Virus record (IMG/VR): IMGVR_UViG_3300042384_001469
DNA: 20,000 nt
Direction: 5' to 3' (one strand)
Source of the DNA: an uncultured virus (IMG/VR IMGVR_UViG_3300042384_001469)
Taxonomy: Duplodnaviria > Heunggongvirae > Uroviricota > Caudoviricetes
Positions 1-9,505 of this stretch are shown here, in pieces (the first letter of the stretch is position 1; each line of letters starts with the position of its first letter). The notes below the pieces were generated by a model that worked only from the letters and a program-made list of their open reading frames with translations, was not told where the DNA came from and searched no databases. The translations under genes were made by a program, and so were the position numbers.

Positions 1-870
1 ATCGATATCTAAACCATTATACAAATTAATTGGTAATTTATTTTTTACTTCTAAAATTTCATTTTTAGCATTTTCAAAAAATGTACCTAATAATCCATCA
101 TAATTTATTTCGAAATAATTTATAATTTTTGGGTACTTATAAACCATTATTGAAAATATTGATTCTTCAGTACCCATATAACCTTGAGATAGAGTTTCAT
201 TTAACAACCCATAATAAAGGGAATTTACTTCCGCAATAGATTCTTTTGTTCCTCCAAAAAACCCTCCTCGTCCAACTAATCTTACATCATCATTCGCCCA
301 ATCATTAATTTTAGGATATGAAAACCCGTGAATTTCATTGTTTGCATCGTATGGAAAACAAATGAAAGAAAATTTAGTAATTTTACTATCTATTTTTTTT
401 AATACATTATCATGTGTAAAATACCCTACGTGAACTGTATTTGTTATACCAGCATCTATCCAAAATAATTTATCAGAATTAAATTTATCTAAAATTTTTG
501 CATCGTGAAGAAGAAACATTTTAGACATCACTAATGGGTTGTAAAATTCTAATTTTGACTGTGTAGACTCAGGTAACCATGAAGATTGATTATACCATTT
601 TTCGTCATTTCTAATACCTTGAATTTTGCCAAAAAACTCATTTTTAAACCACGATAATTCTCTTAATACAAATTGAGTGTTCTCAGATTTTCGGTTTTCC
701 CAAACAAATTTTTCAAGCTCAGAGTCTCCAAATATTATTAAATTTTCCTCAATTGTTAGAAGTTGTTTAAATTTTTCTAAATAGTGTTCTTTAAATGGTC
801 TCGCCCATCCTTCATTTAACCCATCTCTTTTTAAATCCCAAAGCCCTGTAACTAAAGTTATCTTACTCAT
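1..870 (-). CDS. HtrL/YibB (WlaTC)-family glycosyltransferase-like protein; 3' end runs off the window
   Basis: Not in the ORF track. Manual translation from ATG at 870 is open to base 1: MSKITLVTGLWDLKRDGL...YNPLVMSKMFLLHDA...LFWIDAGI...GRGGFFGG...YMGTEESIFS. The TxVTxxxD, WIDAG, GGFFGG and TEE motifs match this family. The start overlaps the stop of 863..1735. Confidence 0.75.
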   Translation of the reverse strand, partial: MSKITLVTGLWDLKRDGLNEGWARPFKEHYLEKFKQLLTIEENLIIFGDSELEKFVWENRKSENTQFVLRELSWFKNEFFGKIQGIRNDEKWYNQSSWLPESTQSKLEFYNPLVMSKMFLLHDAKILDKFNSDKLFWIDAGITNTVHVGYFTHDNVLKKIDSKITKFSFICFPYDANNEIHGFSYPKINDWANDDVRLVGRGGFFGGTKESIAEVNSLYYGLLNETLSQGYMGTEESIFSIMVYKYPKIINYFEINYDGLLGTFFENAKNEILEVKNKLPINLYNGLDID

Positions 871-1735
871 AATCAAAAAATCTAATGTTATTACTTAATT
901 TAGTTTGATTGTACGATGCCGCAAAAAATAAAAAAACAGACCACCAATTACATATTCTAAATATTTTTTCAGATTTAGACATTGCATACATCTCAAATAA
1001 AGTAGATTTAAAAAAATACATTAATTCATCATCACTTAATCCTAAACTTCTTGTTGTACTTAAATCACCTTTATAAACATAATCATTGTAATATAAATTT
1101 TTATAATTACATTGCTTAAGTTCATTTTTTAAAATTTCAAATTGTGTAAACACAAATATTGGTCTATCTTGATTTTTTTCAATAAAATTTTTAATTGACT
1201 GTATTGAATTTGATAATTCTTCAGTTTGGTTATTTAATTCAAAAGGTCTGTAATGTACACAATAAAAATTTTCAGGAAATGATTTTAGTTTTTCTTCGCA
1301 GAATGACACCACTTCGTCAGTTAAAAAACTTAATTTTGGCCACTCATCGTACATTATCCATTTTCTATAATTTTCAATATGAGGAAAATTATTTAAATCT
1401 TCCACTCCCTCAATAATCTCATCAACATAAACATAATATATTTTTGAATTATCAATAACTAATTTAGTTTCATTTCTTTCAGGAAAATTTCCTTCATGAG
1501 GACTAAATCCACTAGTAAAAAATGTAAAATTATCTAACTTGTCTAATTTAAAAATTTTAAAAAAAACATCTCTATTTTCATTATTCATTTTATAAGGATT
1601 TAGGCCAAAATCAACATAAGTTTTAACCTTATATCCCATCTCTTTTAATTTTTCTTGTGTTAGATATACTGAATAGATTGTTGAATACATATCCCCCAAA
1701 CCTGAATTCATACCGGTAGTAATATACGCATTCAT
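863..1735 (-). CDS. Putative GT-B fucosyltransferase-like glycosyltransferase (GT11/GT23/NodZ-like superfamily)
   Basis: N-terminal SGLGD motif, central VHYR motif and C-terminal EMYAMSKS...SVF segment, the motif order seen in GDP-fucose-dependent GT-B enzymes. Lies within a GT operon. Confidence 0.55.
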   Translation of the reverse strand: MNAYITTGMNSGLGDMYSTIYSVYLTQEKLKEMGYKVKTYVDFGLNPYKMNNENRDVFFKIFKLDKLDNFTFFTSGFSPHEGNFPERNETKLVIDNSKIYYVYVDEIIEGVEDLNNFPHIENYRKWIMYDEWPKLSFLTDEVVSFCEEKLKSFPENFYCVHYRPFELNNQTEELSNSIQSIKNFIEKNQDRPIFVFTQFEILKNELKQCNYKNLYYNDYVYKGDLSTTRSLGLSDDELMYFFKSTLFEMYAMSKSEKIFRICNWWSVFLFFAASYNQTKLSNNIRFFDYE

Positions 1736-1739
1736 ATTT

Positions 1740-2660
1740 TTAACTATTTAAAATGTCTATCCAAACCATGTATAATGGTTTAGGTTTACCCCAAGATGGG
1801 TCCCAAAGTTCAAAATGATATTGGTCATGTTCATCAGTTTGGTGAACGTCAAAAATTAAAGGATGAACAATGTCTTTTAATTTATCATAAACTAATTTCA
1901 TTATTGATTCTTCTGTACATAAAAATTCTTTATCAATAATTTTATCACAAAAATTCCAATACTCATTTATATAATTTTTTAACTGTTTAGTATCTCCTCC
2001 AATCATACCTGCAATAGGATAATATGGTCTAATATCATAATCAATTATTCCTTTAGTTTTAAAAACATATCCTGATTGAGGATTTGTTGCGGTTAAATTT
2101 AAAACTTTATTCTCACTAATCTCATTCATTTTTATGAAAAGTTCAGTATTGAATAATTTTGTAAAATCATATTGAGATATTTGATTATTATTCCACACAG
2201 GTACTTCATTTGGATTATGAAATTTTTTATCCCCATATGGAACACAGTACATCCACGGGAATATCCCTGGATGTTGTAATCCTCCGTCAACCCAATAGAC
2301 CCTATCAAAACCTTCTAACTCTTGTTCAAGAACTTGGAATTTTCCCCACATTATTTCAGGTCCTCTACCATCTAAGTCAGTATCAAAATTTTTATCTCTA
2401 ACATCTTTTATTTTTTTATGATACTTCATGTCAGATAATTCCAATATTTTAATTTCAAGATTAGATAAATTATAATCTAATTTAAGTTTTTCAATTTCGG
2501 ATTTATTTTTTTCGTGAGTGTAACAAACAACTGGAAAATTAATACCACGGCAATGACTAATTAAAGACCCATAATATCTATCTTTTCTAACTGAGCTAGC
2601 CCCTTGGAAAGGGTACCCAGCGACATCTAGCCATAAGGCGGTTACTATTTTAGTTTTCAT
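1740..2660 (-). CDS. HtrL/YibB (WlaTC)-family glycosyltransferase-like protein
   Basis: MKTKIVTALW...IMWGKF...YWVDGGL...AGMIGG...TEESIM has the same motif order as the paralogue at 1..870. Confidence 0.65.
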   Translation of the reverse strand: MKTKIVTALWLDVAGYPFQGASSVRKDRYYGSLISHCRGINFPVVCYTHEKNKSEIEKLKLDYNLSNLEIKILELSDMKYHKKIKDVRDKNFDTDLDGRGPEIMWGKFQVLEQELEGFDRVYWVDGGLQHPGIFPWMYCVPYGDKKFHNPNEVPVWNNNQISQYDFTKLFNTELFIKMNEISENKVLNLTATNPQSGYVFKTKGIIDYDIRPYYPIAGMIGGDTKQLKNYINEYWNFCDKIIDKEFLCTEESIMKLVYDKLKDIVHPLIFDVHQTDEHDQYHFELWDPSWGKPKPLYMVWIDILNS

Positions 2661-3400
2661 TAGAATCTAACGTGAAAATCTCCAAGTTTAGTGTAGAACG
2701 AAAAACAATTTTGAATGAAGTGATTTAAAACTCCTTCATATTGGTATTTCATGTCAGCTTCTAATGCTGAAATTCCAATTTCAAAACCATCAGGATAATT
2801 TCTAATGTCATTAGCGATACTATACCATAAAAATTGTTCCCATCTTTGTACAAAAAATTTAAATTTTGAATTGTTCCTAAAAACTAAAAATTGTTCGTTA
2901 ACCACATGAGCCTCATCCCATTTATTATGGTCAAAAACATCGTAATCAAAAAGTTTATCTCTAAAAAAACTTTCATTTGGATTTAACTTGTGAGGACCAA
3001 TTGGTGCGGGTCTTTCAAACAAAAAATCAACATTATTTTGTTCCATATGGTCAAGCATGTTTAATATTTTTTGTTCATCAAATCCATCATGCATTCTCCA
3101 ATCACCATCAGTAAAAATAATATAATCGGGACTATTTCCAGTTTCTTTCTGATGTTCTAGTATATGTTTTAAAGATAAAACTTTTAAATTTAAATTAAAA
3201 TTAAATCCTCCCCTTGAATCATATAATGGTGGGTTAACAATTTTTGTGTGAATTCTGTCACCTTGATTTCTTAATTGTTCATTATTTGTTGTGATAAAAA
3301 ACTCACATTCTTTAGTTTTTTCACGTAACTCTTTATAAAACTCAGGAGTGATAGTTTCATAAGGTTCGTTGATTGCTAGTGTTGTAAAACAGTATCTCAT
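2660..3400 (-). CDS. Putative GT-A fold glycosyltransferase / hypothetical protein
   Basis: N-terminal beta strand FTTLAI, an NLK motif and a DxD motif after a hydrophobic strand (YIIFTDGD). TAATG coupling to the next gene. Confidence 0.5.
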   Translation of the reverse strand: MRYCFTTLAINEPYETITPEFYKELREKTKECEFFITTNNEQLRNQGDRIHTKIVNPPLYDSRGGFNFNLNLKVLSLKHILEHQKETGNSPDYIIFTDGDWRMHDGFDEQKILNMLDHMEQNNVDFLFERPAPIGPHKLNPNESFFRDKLFDYDVFDHNKWDEAHVVNEQFLVFRNNSKFKFFVQRWEQFLWYSIANDIRNYPDGFEIGISALEADMKYQYEGVLNHFIQNCFSFYTKLGDFHVRF

Positions 3401-3402
3401 AT

Positions 3403-4080
3403 TTATAAATTTAAATCATTTAAATATTGCAGGCATTGCTCCCCGCTTGGTTTAGTTGGGTTATCGTATTCATCTAACTGAATTCCAATAAAAAAATTTT
3501 TATTATCTCTACGTATATAGGTCTCAGGTTTGTCATACCCACAGTAAAAAATATTATCATCTGAAATTTTTGACATATATTCATGTAAAATTTCTTGGTC
3601 AGTCCCCCATCTCAAATCAGAACTACTAATAAAACTATTAAAATGGTCCTCAAAATCAGTAATTTTTCGTATTATACCAAATAAACCACTAGGTACTGGA
3701 GAATGCCACGGGTGGTCTCTTATTATAAAATAATCTTTATTAGATTGTACCCATCTATTGATATATTCCACTTCTCGTTCAGAAAGTCTACTATCTAAAT
3801 CTCTAGATATTGTAATCCCGTCATCAAAAAAAGAAATAAATCTCCAAAAAAATGGGTAATCTTTTGGAGGACGATTACCAAATGAAAAAGACGACACGTC
3901 AATCATTTTTGCCCCCATATTTGATAATTTATCAATATATTCGTTACGAATCATTTCAGGATGGTAATAAATCACCGTTTCCCAATCAGGTAATAACTTT
4001 TGATTGATTAAAATATTTTTCTCAGCACCTGTGTAATATTTGTAGTCTAATCCAAATAAACTGTAAGAAATTGATTTCAT
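3403..4080 (-). CDS. Conserved GT-A-like protein (ISYSLFG...WRF...RDLDSR...RDHPWH...DQ type)
   Basis: Motifs ISYSLFG, FWRF, ISRDLDSR (DxD), IIRDHPWH, SGLFG and DQEIL resemble an uncharacterised GT-like family found in glycosylation clusters. Confidence 0.55.
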   Translation of the reverse strand: MKSISYSLFGLDYKYYTGAEKNILINQKLLPDWETVIYYHPEMIRNEYIDKLSNMGAKMIDVSSFSFGNRPPKDYPFFWRFISFFDDGITISRDLDSRLSEREVEYINRWVQSNKDYFIIRDHPWHSPVPSGLFGIIRKITDFEDHFNSFISSSDLRWGTDQEILHEYMSKISDDNIFYCGYDKPETYIRRDNKNFFIGIQLDEYDNPTKPSGEQCLQYLNDLNL

Positions 4081-4081
4081 A

Positions 4082-5071
4082 TTAAATAATTTTACTAAAA
4101 AAATCTAAAATGTAATCCTCATCGAAATAAATTGGTAATTTATTTTCATTAAAAATAGGAGATTCAAAATAAGATTTTAATTTATTATTATCAGAATATA
4201 TTGTATTTAATTCATCGACTAATTCATCAAAATTTTTAAATTTGTGAGCATTGATAAATGACTCAGGATTAAATCCTTCTTCTTCAATGTATTGGTTACC
4301 ATAAAATATTGGAATTGAATTAGAAGCGAATGCATGTATTATTTTTTCTTGAGTTAGATAATCCGTATTAGTATATTGAAAAGCCATGTTGAATGTACAG
4401 TCTGAGAAAAAATTAATTTTATCCCTATAGGTTAACCCGTCAATTTTTCCCATATAATCTTTATTGGAATAGTTATGATATTTGTGAGGATTTAAGGTTT
4501 CTGAATCAGGTATTGTTTGTCGATACGGACCTGAACTTTTAATATAATGATACTTTTCCACAATATTAAAAAATTGGTCTCTATCGGGATTAAAACTTGC
4601 TTGAACTAAACTACAAAAATGTTTTTTTATTAGTTTAATATCTTCGTATTTTTTTGGTTTGGTTAACCAACCAAAATTACTTTCAAATAGACCTCCTTCA
4701 TTATGGAGTACATGCGCGTCTAAAACATATGTTGGGAACCTTAAATATCTGTCATGGTCATGGTGTTCATATCCTAAAGCGTAATAGTTTTCCCCTTTAT
4801 TTAAATGAGATAAGAAATCAGGTCTTGCCTCACCACTTATGAATATTTTTTTTACGTTATCATTGTATTCATGAATACCTTTAACAATTTCGTTAGTGTA
4901 AAAATCTAATTCGTTTTCTCTGTAAAATTGGTTAGTATAAATAACCAAATCAGGATTTTTAGAATCTATTATTACATTATATTTTTTGGATAATATTTCA
5001 TAAAAGAAATTCATCCATGAAAAATTCCCCACACCTGGAAAATTAGCTCTACTTATTCTTATAGTCTTCAT
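4082..5071 (-). CDS. GT10 alpha-1,3/4-fucosyltransferase-like protein with a divergent donor motif
   Basis: NPDLVI, FISGE, YLRFP, FCSLV, SSG, DKINF, QEKIIHAF..NSIPIFYG and FNPESFIN follow the H. pylori FucT/GT10 layout. Confidence 0.85.
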   Translation of the reverse strand: MKTIRISRANFPGVGNFSWMNFFYEILSKKYNVIIDSKNPDLVIYTNQFYRENELDFYTNEIVKGIHEYNDNVKKIFISGEARPDFLSHLNKGENYYALGYEHHDHDRYLRFPTYVLDAHVLHNEGGLFESNFGWLTKPKKYEDIKLIKKHFCSLVQASFNPDRDQFFNIVEKYHYIKSSGPYRQTIPDSETLNPHKYHNYSNKDYMGKIDGLTYRDKINFFSDCTFNMAFQYTNTDYLTQEKIIHAFASNSIPIFYGNQYIEEEGFNPESFINAHKFKNFDELVDELNTIYSDNNKLKSYFESPIFNENKLPIYFDEDYILDFFSKII

Positions 5072-5910
5072 TTTTTATAAATGTCATCAATTTTAATGTG
5101 AACATATCGGTCTTCATCATCAACTTTTAAATTAACATGAGTTCCAAAATTTTTATTGTTTGAATTTGGCCCATCGTTAGTGACCGGCCAATATATTTTA
5201 CTCGCATTTGATAAGAAACATACCCAAAATGAAAATGTACCTTGACAAGCAATTATTTTATTAAATGATGTTAGTTCTTTAAACACATCTAAAATTGAAC
5301 CCTCAATATATTTTGGATTATAAATTTGTAATTTATCTAAAATACTTTTATGGTTATAGACATGGTCAAAAGAAACGTATAAATTTTTAAAATTTTCTTT
5401 TTCCAAAATGTTAAGGTAATATTCATCAGGCAATACAAATCTACCATCGTCTCTACTATTTCTTAACATCAAAACCAAATCGTCATCATTTCTTTTTGGT
5501 AATACTATTTCTGAAAGAAAATTTCTAACTTTTTCTTTGTACGGTTTAATATAATCGTACTTAGAAAAATAGGAGGCGGAAATAATTTTATGTCCCCGAC
5601 AATGGTCTACCATTTTTTCGACAGTATTCAATGTTAATACATCAGTGTCCCCAATTGAGATGACTGGACCTTCAATTGACTCTTTTCCGGTAATGGATTT
5701 AAATGGGAATACTTGCTCAACATATTGACCAACACTTAATTCTTCTCTACGTATTAATGAATTATCAGGAACAATTAAATCATAATTTAATTCATCGGCA
5801 ATAAGTCTACTAACAGAATAAATAAATAATTTATTTCCTAAGTTTTTTCTGTAACTAGAAAAGTGACCTCCTTTCAATCCTTCACAGTAACCATCAAAAA
5901 TTTCAACCAT
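5068..5910 (-). CDS. GT11 alpha-1,2-fucosyltransferase-like protein, divergent
   Basis: NLGNKLFIY (cf. LGNQLFQY), SYFSKY (cf. GYFQ), LPDEYY and IIACQGTFSFW (cf. NSTFSWW). The HxRRGD motif appears as MLRNSRD. ATGA overlap with the next gene. Confidence 0.7.
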   Translation of the reverse strand: MVEIFDGYCEGLKGGHFSSYRKNLGNKLFIYSVSRLIADELNYDLIVPDNSLIRREELSVGQYVEQVFPFKSITGKESIEGPVISIGDTDVLTLNTVEKMVDHCRGHKIISASYFSKYDYIKPYKEKVRNFLSEIVLPKRNDDDLVLMLRNSRDDGRFVLPDEYYLNILEKENFKNLYVSFDHVYNHKSILDKLQIYNPKYIEGSILDVFKELTSFNKIIACQGTFSFWVCFLSNASKIYWPVTNDGPNSNNKNFGTHVNLKVDDEDRYVHIKIDDIYKK

Positions 5911-5912
5911 AA

Positions 5913-7157
5913 TTATAAATTACCTGTTATTCTTTCACCCCATCCTTTTGATTCTGAATATGGCCAAACAACCCAATATGTTGGTTTTTTAGTCATATTA
6001 AATTCTCTCCAAATTTTTATATAACCATCAGGGTCATCCATCATTCTTGCAATTTCAGATTTATCGGCATCTTTTCTAAAAAGTGTTTCATCTGTTTCAT
6101 CATGAAATGCAACAACCCAAAATTCATAATCTTTTTCAGGTACTTGAGAATATTGTAAATCAATACAATGTTTAAAAATCGATGAGAATGAATTCATCCA
6201 TTCTTCTTCAGAATTAAAATTATAAGGATTTGGTGGGTAATGTTTATCTATTGTCCATTGTTGGATTGCTCTTTTGGAAAAAAGTAACCCTGAATATTTT
6301 TCATAGTCTTTTAATGTCCTTTGTTTACCAAATCCATATTTTCCATGGTTCATTGGTTCTTCACCATCCATTCCAAATAGACTTCTATTTTTTTTGTGAC
6401 AATAATCATTTTTACTTACCCAATCTTTATCATCATCCCATTGTTTAGTTCTTCCCTTTCTGGTATATTCGTGCCAAATAAGAATTTTATGTATATGAAA
6501 TAAATCATAACCATGTGTGTACGCTCTAGCTGCAATTGATATCTCCTCACCATGAAAATAAAATTCAGGGTCATGTTGTACTTCTTTGGAAAATTTACCT
6601 AATGTGAAACAATAATGTGCTGAGTAAAATCTTGCAGGAACTGGTTCTGTCATACTTTGCCATCCAGGGATTACTTCAGGTAGGAAAAATACCGCCCCTT
6701 CAGGTATGAATCTATCAAAAACCATTCTCCAAGGTTCCATAACTCTAGAGTTTGGGTCATCGTCAGGGTCAAAAGATGGAACATATCCTGTTAATAAAGG
6801 TTTTTTATGTCCTTTTTTCTGTAACTTTTTAATGATATCAATCATTTCAACATCCCAATTTTCAGCGAATCTCATGTGAGAATCAATTTGTAATGTGTAT
6901 TCTTCTTTTTGATAAAGTTGTTGTATTTGATTTCTAGCCCAACAAGCCCCTTTAGATTCTTCACATGGAATATCTAAAATTCTAAATCTGTCATCACCTC
7001 TATATTCATCCAAATTATCAAATCCATCTTCAATATGAAATTGTCTGGCAATTCCGAATATTAAATTTTCAGGATGTTTGGCATTATCTAATGCGGATTT
7101 AATAGTTGGTATTAATTGTGGGTCTCTATAAGACGCGACTTGGATAAAAATTTTCAT
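5913..7157 (-). CDS. GT60 polypeptide N-acetylglucosaminyltransferase (Skp1 Gnt1-like, Pfam GlcNAc) with a C-terminal extra domain
   Basis: IFIQVASYRD, GACWAR, YTLQIDSHMRF (DSH metal motif), FHGEEISIAARAYTHGYDLF and WHEY are signature motifs of the GT60/GT27 polypeptide HexNAc-transferase clan. Confidence 0.85.
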   Translation of the reverse strand: MKIFIQVASYRDPQLIPTIKSALDNAKHPENLIFGIARQFHIEDGFDNLDEYRGDDRFRILDIPCEESKGACWARNQIQQLYQKEEYTLQIDSHMRFAENWDVEMIDIIKKLQKKGHKKPLLTGYVPSFDPDDDPNSRVMEPWRMVFDRFIPEGAVFFLPEVIPGWQSMTEPVPARFYSAHYCFTLGKFSKEVQHDPEFYFHGEEISIAARAYTHGYDLFHIHKILIWHEYTRKGRTKQWDDDKDWVSKNDYCHKKNRSLFGMDGEEPMNHGKYGFGKQRTLKDYEKYSGLLFSKRAIQQWTIDKHYPPNPYNFNSEEEWMNSFSSIFKHCIDLQYSQVPEKDYEFWVVAFHDETDETLFRKDADKSEIARMMDDPDGYIKIWREFNMTKKPTYWVVWPYSESKGWGERITGNL

Positions 7158-7193
7158 TATTAGTATTTTTAACCAAAAAATATAAAAATAAAA

Positions 7194-8849
7194 TTAGGTG
7201 TAAAGGAATGTTTGGTCTAATTCAATAATATAAAAATAAAAATTATTACCACAACAATTAGGTACTGACAAAGTATTCATGATGTATGGGAAAGTTTCAT
7301 TTTCAACAACCACATATCTTGGTTCTCCTGAATCTTTATAATAGTAAAGATTAAATGTCATTCCTGAAAACTCATCAGATGAAAATATAATATCAGTACC
7401 TGAACTAACTCCAATTATATCATTTATTACACCATCAGAACAACTTGGGCATTTGTAATCAAACAACTCAAAATTACCTTTCAGTATATCAAAATTATGA
7501 ACAACTTCGGGGTATGTTAAAGGTTCGGTATACATTCTAAATTGTGAAATTGCTCCGTCAAATGAACCTGCAAAATTAGGTTCAATAAAAATATTTGTGG
7601 TTAACGCTGATAAGGATGTCCCCGATAATGTTTCGTTTGGCATACATTCAGGGTCTTGTTGATACGTTAATCCAGACAATGAAGTCGGACATTCTCTAAA
7701 AGTTAAACTTTCTCTTAATCCTTGTGTACCTCCACCCCATCCGATATTGAAGGGAACCCCTATTTGTTTTTCTTTTTCAGTATTTAATCCTCTTGGGATT
7801 ACTTCTTCAAATCCGTTAATAACGTAGAATAATCTACCATTTATGTATATCTTCAAAGAACCTAATCTTTGGTCCTTTTCAATCAACCATTCCTCATTTA
7901 GATTAACTACTTCAATTTGGTCTGCAGGAGTCTCTCCTGAATGTGTGTACGGTATTGTAATTAAGCTAACCGCATTTCCTGCCAATGAATTTACATAATA
8001 TAAATTGGTAATAGAATCTAATCCTCCTCTGTATAATAAATCACATTCATCATAATAAGAATTACGTTCCCAAACACAATCGATTAAAAACCAATGTTCT
8101 TTATTTAAATAAGTTTGACTTGATGAACAGTAATCAAAAATAGTTTTACTTGAACAATAATCAGTTATAGTGTAACCTGTTGTGTAAGTAATTCCTGTTG
8201 TCTCACAACTTCCTGTTGTTTCACATCCTCCCGTAAATTTAAGAACTCTAACACAAACTTTAGGATTTTTTGGGTCACCTAAAAGTCTTAGCGATAAAGT
8301 GTTTGACATTGAGTCAAATAACGGGTCTTTATCCGGATTTGCGACTGAGGTTTCAGAACACCCACAATTACACTCAACATTATGTTGACTTGTATAATTT
8401 AATGGTTCATAAACATCTTCTAAACATCTTGAAATTGTTACTCCGGTATCTGAACATGCACATGTTTTTAGACACCCACTCAATACTTCTGTAACTCTTG
8501 TGTACCCTGAATCAGATTCAGGAGACCCCGACGCATGATGATAATATTTATTTTCAGCTCTTGTACCAAAATAAAAAAAAGTATTGTCGTTGTTTGGGTA
8601 AACCTCATTTAAAGTTGTTTGACCCGAAGTATGAAAAAATTGGTCTTCTTGTCTCGCTCTCAACAACATCTCAACAGACCAACCTTTGTTACATCGGTTT
8701 GGAAAAGTTTCATAATCATAACCAAATAATTTAAAAAATCCTTGATAAAATCCACCATACAATTGGTTATAGTATCCAACATTATCGGAAGTTTTACTAA
8801 CTATGTTGTAAACTGTCTCTTTTGTATTTCCTGAAAATCTAATTGCCAT
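7194..8849 (-). CDS. Cys-rich probable virion protein with a LamG/concanavalin-A-like beta-sandwich signature
   Basis: GWSVEMLL, LKIYING, FNIGWGGG and FDGAISQFRMYTEPLT..EVVHNF match the LamG-like pattern. I count 21 Cys, and TGxT/SGxT motifs recur. Confidence 0.55.
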   Translation of the reverse strand: MAIRFSGNTKETVYNIVSKTSDNVGYYNQLYGGFYQGFFKLFGYDYETFPNRCNKGWSVEMLLRARQEDQFFHTSGQTTLNEVYPNNDNTFFYFGTRAENKYYHHASGSPESDSGYTRVTEVLSGCLKTCACSDTGVTISRCLEDVYEPLNYTSQHNVECNCGCSETSVANPDKDPLFDSMSNTLSLRLLGDPKNPKVCVRVLKFTGGCETTGSCETTGITYTTGYTITDYCSSKTIFDYCSSSQTYLNKEHWFLIDCVWERNSYYDECDLLYRGGLDSITNLYYVNSLAGNAVSLITIPYTHSGETPADQIEVVNLNEEWLIEKDQRLGSLKIYINGRLFYVINGFEEVIPRGLNTEKEKQIGVPFNIGWGGGTQGLRESLTFRECPTSLSGLTYQQDPECMPNETLSGTSLSALTTNIFIEPNFAGSFDGAISQFRMYTEPLTYPEVVHNFDILKGNFELFDYKCPSCSDGVINDIIGVSSGTDIIFSSDEFSGMTFNLYYYKDSGEPRYVVVENETFPYIMNTLSVPNCCGNNFYFYIIELDQTFLYT

Positions 8850-8893
8850 TTTTAACTTATATAGTAATAATTTTTAAAACCATTAAAGTAAAT

Positions 8894-9481
8894 TTATGGT
8901 AATTTTTTAACAAAAATTCTAGTCGGTGTTGAGTTTGCGTTAGAAGGGAATGGTGAATTATTACTTGGATTTATTGAAATAGTTATATACGTTGGGGTAG
9001 ATATGAAAAAACAAATAGTACCGTTAATTAATCTGTCACCAGTTGTTTCCACAAATTTTTCATCACTAATTAATGTACCTACAGACATTGCATCAGTTGA
9101 ACCAGTCGCTGAGTTATATTTTACCAAAAGGTCTTGGTTACCAAATGCGTCAAAAAGGTGAACCTGACTTATTAATTCATAATAACCAGACTCTTTTAAA
9201 AAAATTCTTGCACCTGTATTACCAGCCCCGCTTGAGTTAACTAACTCAAAAATATTTGTGTTAGAGTTGAATACTTCGGTATCCCATCTTGGGTAATTTT
9301 CCGCCCCATTTGTTAAGTTAGCATAGTTTGTTGTCCATGAATATGATGCCACTCCAGTATCAATAAAAGTTTGTTTTGTAACTTTATATGTTATAGTTTG
9401 AGCACTGTTGTTCATAATTAAATACGAACCATTAGTATCCCCTGTGTAAAGGGGTAAATTAGAAATTAAAATATCTGCCAT
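8894..9481 (-). CDS. Probable virion fibre/decoration protein with a C1q/TNF-like beta C-terminal domain
   Basis: N-terminus MADILISNLPLYTG resembles phage structural-protein N-termini. ESGYYELISQVHL, the internal beta strands and terminal TRIFVKKL resemble C1q/BclA-like heads. Confidence 0.45.
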   Translation of the reverse strand: MADILISNLPLYTGDTNGSYLIMNNSAQTITYKVTKQTFIDTGVASYSWTTNYANLTNGAENYPRWDTEVFNSNTNIFELVNSSGAGNTGARIFLKESGYYELISQVHLFDAFGNQDLLVKYNSATGSTDAMSVGTLISDEKFVETTGDRLINGTICFFISTPTYITISINPSNNSPFPSNANSTPTRIFVKKLP

Positions 9482-9488
9482 AATTTTT

Positions 9489-9500
9489 TATTTATAAATA
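9489..9500. promoter_or_regulatory. Palindrome TATTTATAAATA, candidate late-promoter element upstream of 8894..9481
   Basis: Perfect 12-bp palindrome containing TATAAATA on both strands, 7 bp from the ATG in a 24-bp intergenic gap. Confidence 0.4.
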
Positions 9501-9505
9501 TATTA

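Noticed and set aside
3400..3410. TATTTATAAAT as another late-promoter motif
   Set aside because: It overlaps a stop codon and the adjacent start within a 2-bp gene junction, so it is likely a chance AT-rich match.
1195..8734. Short plus-strand ORFs (1195, 2210, 4654, 6230, 8270, 8498)
   Set aside because: They are antisense to well-supported genes, have no motifs and mostly use non-ATG starts.
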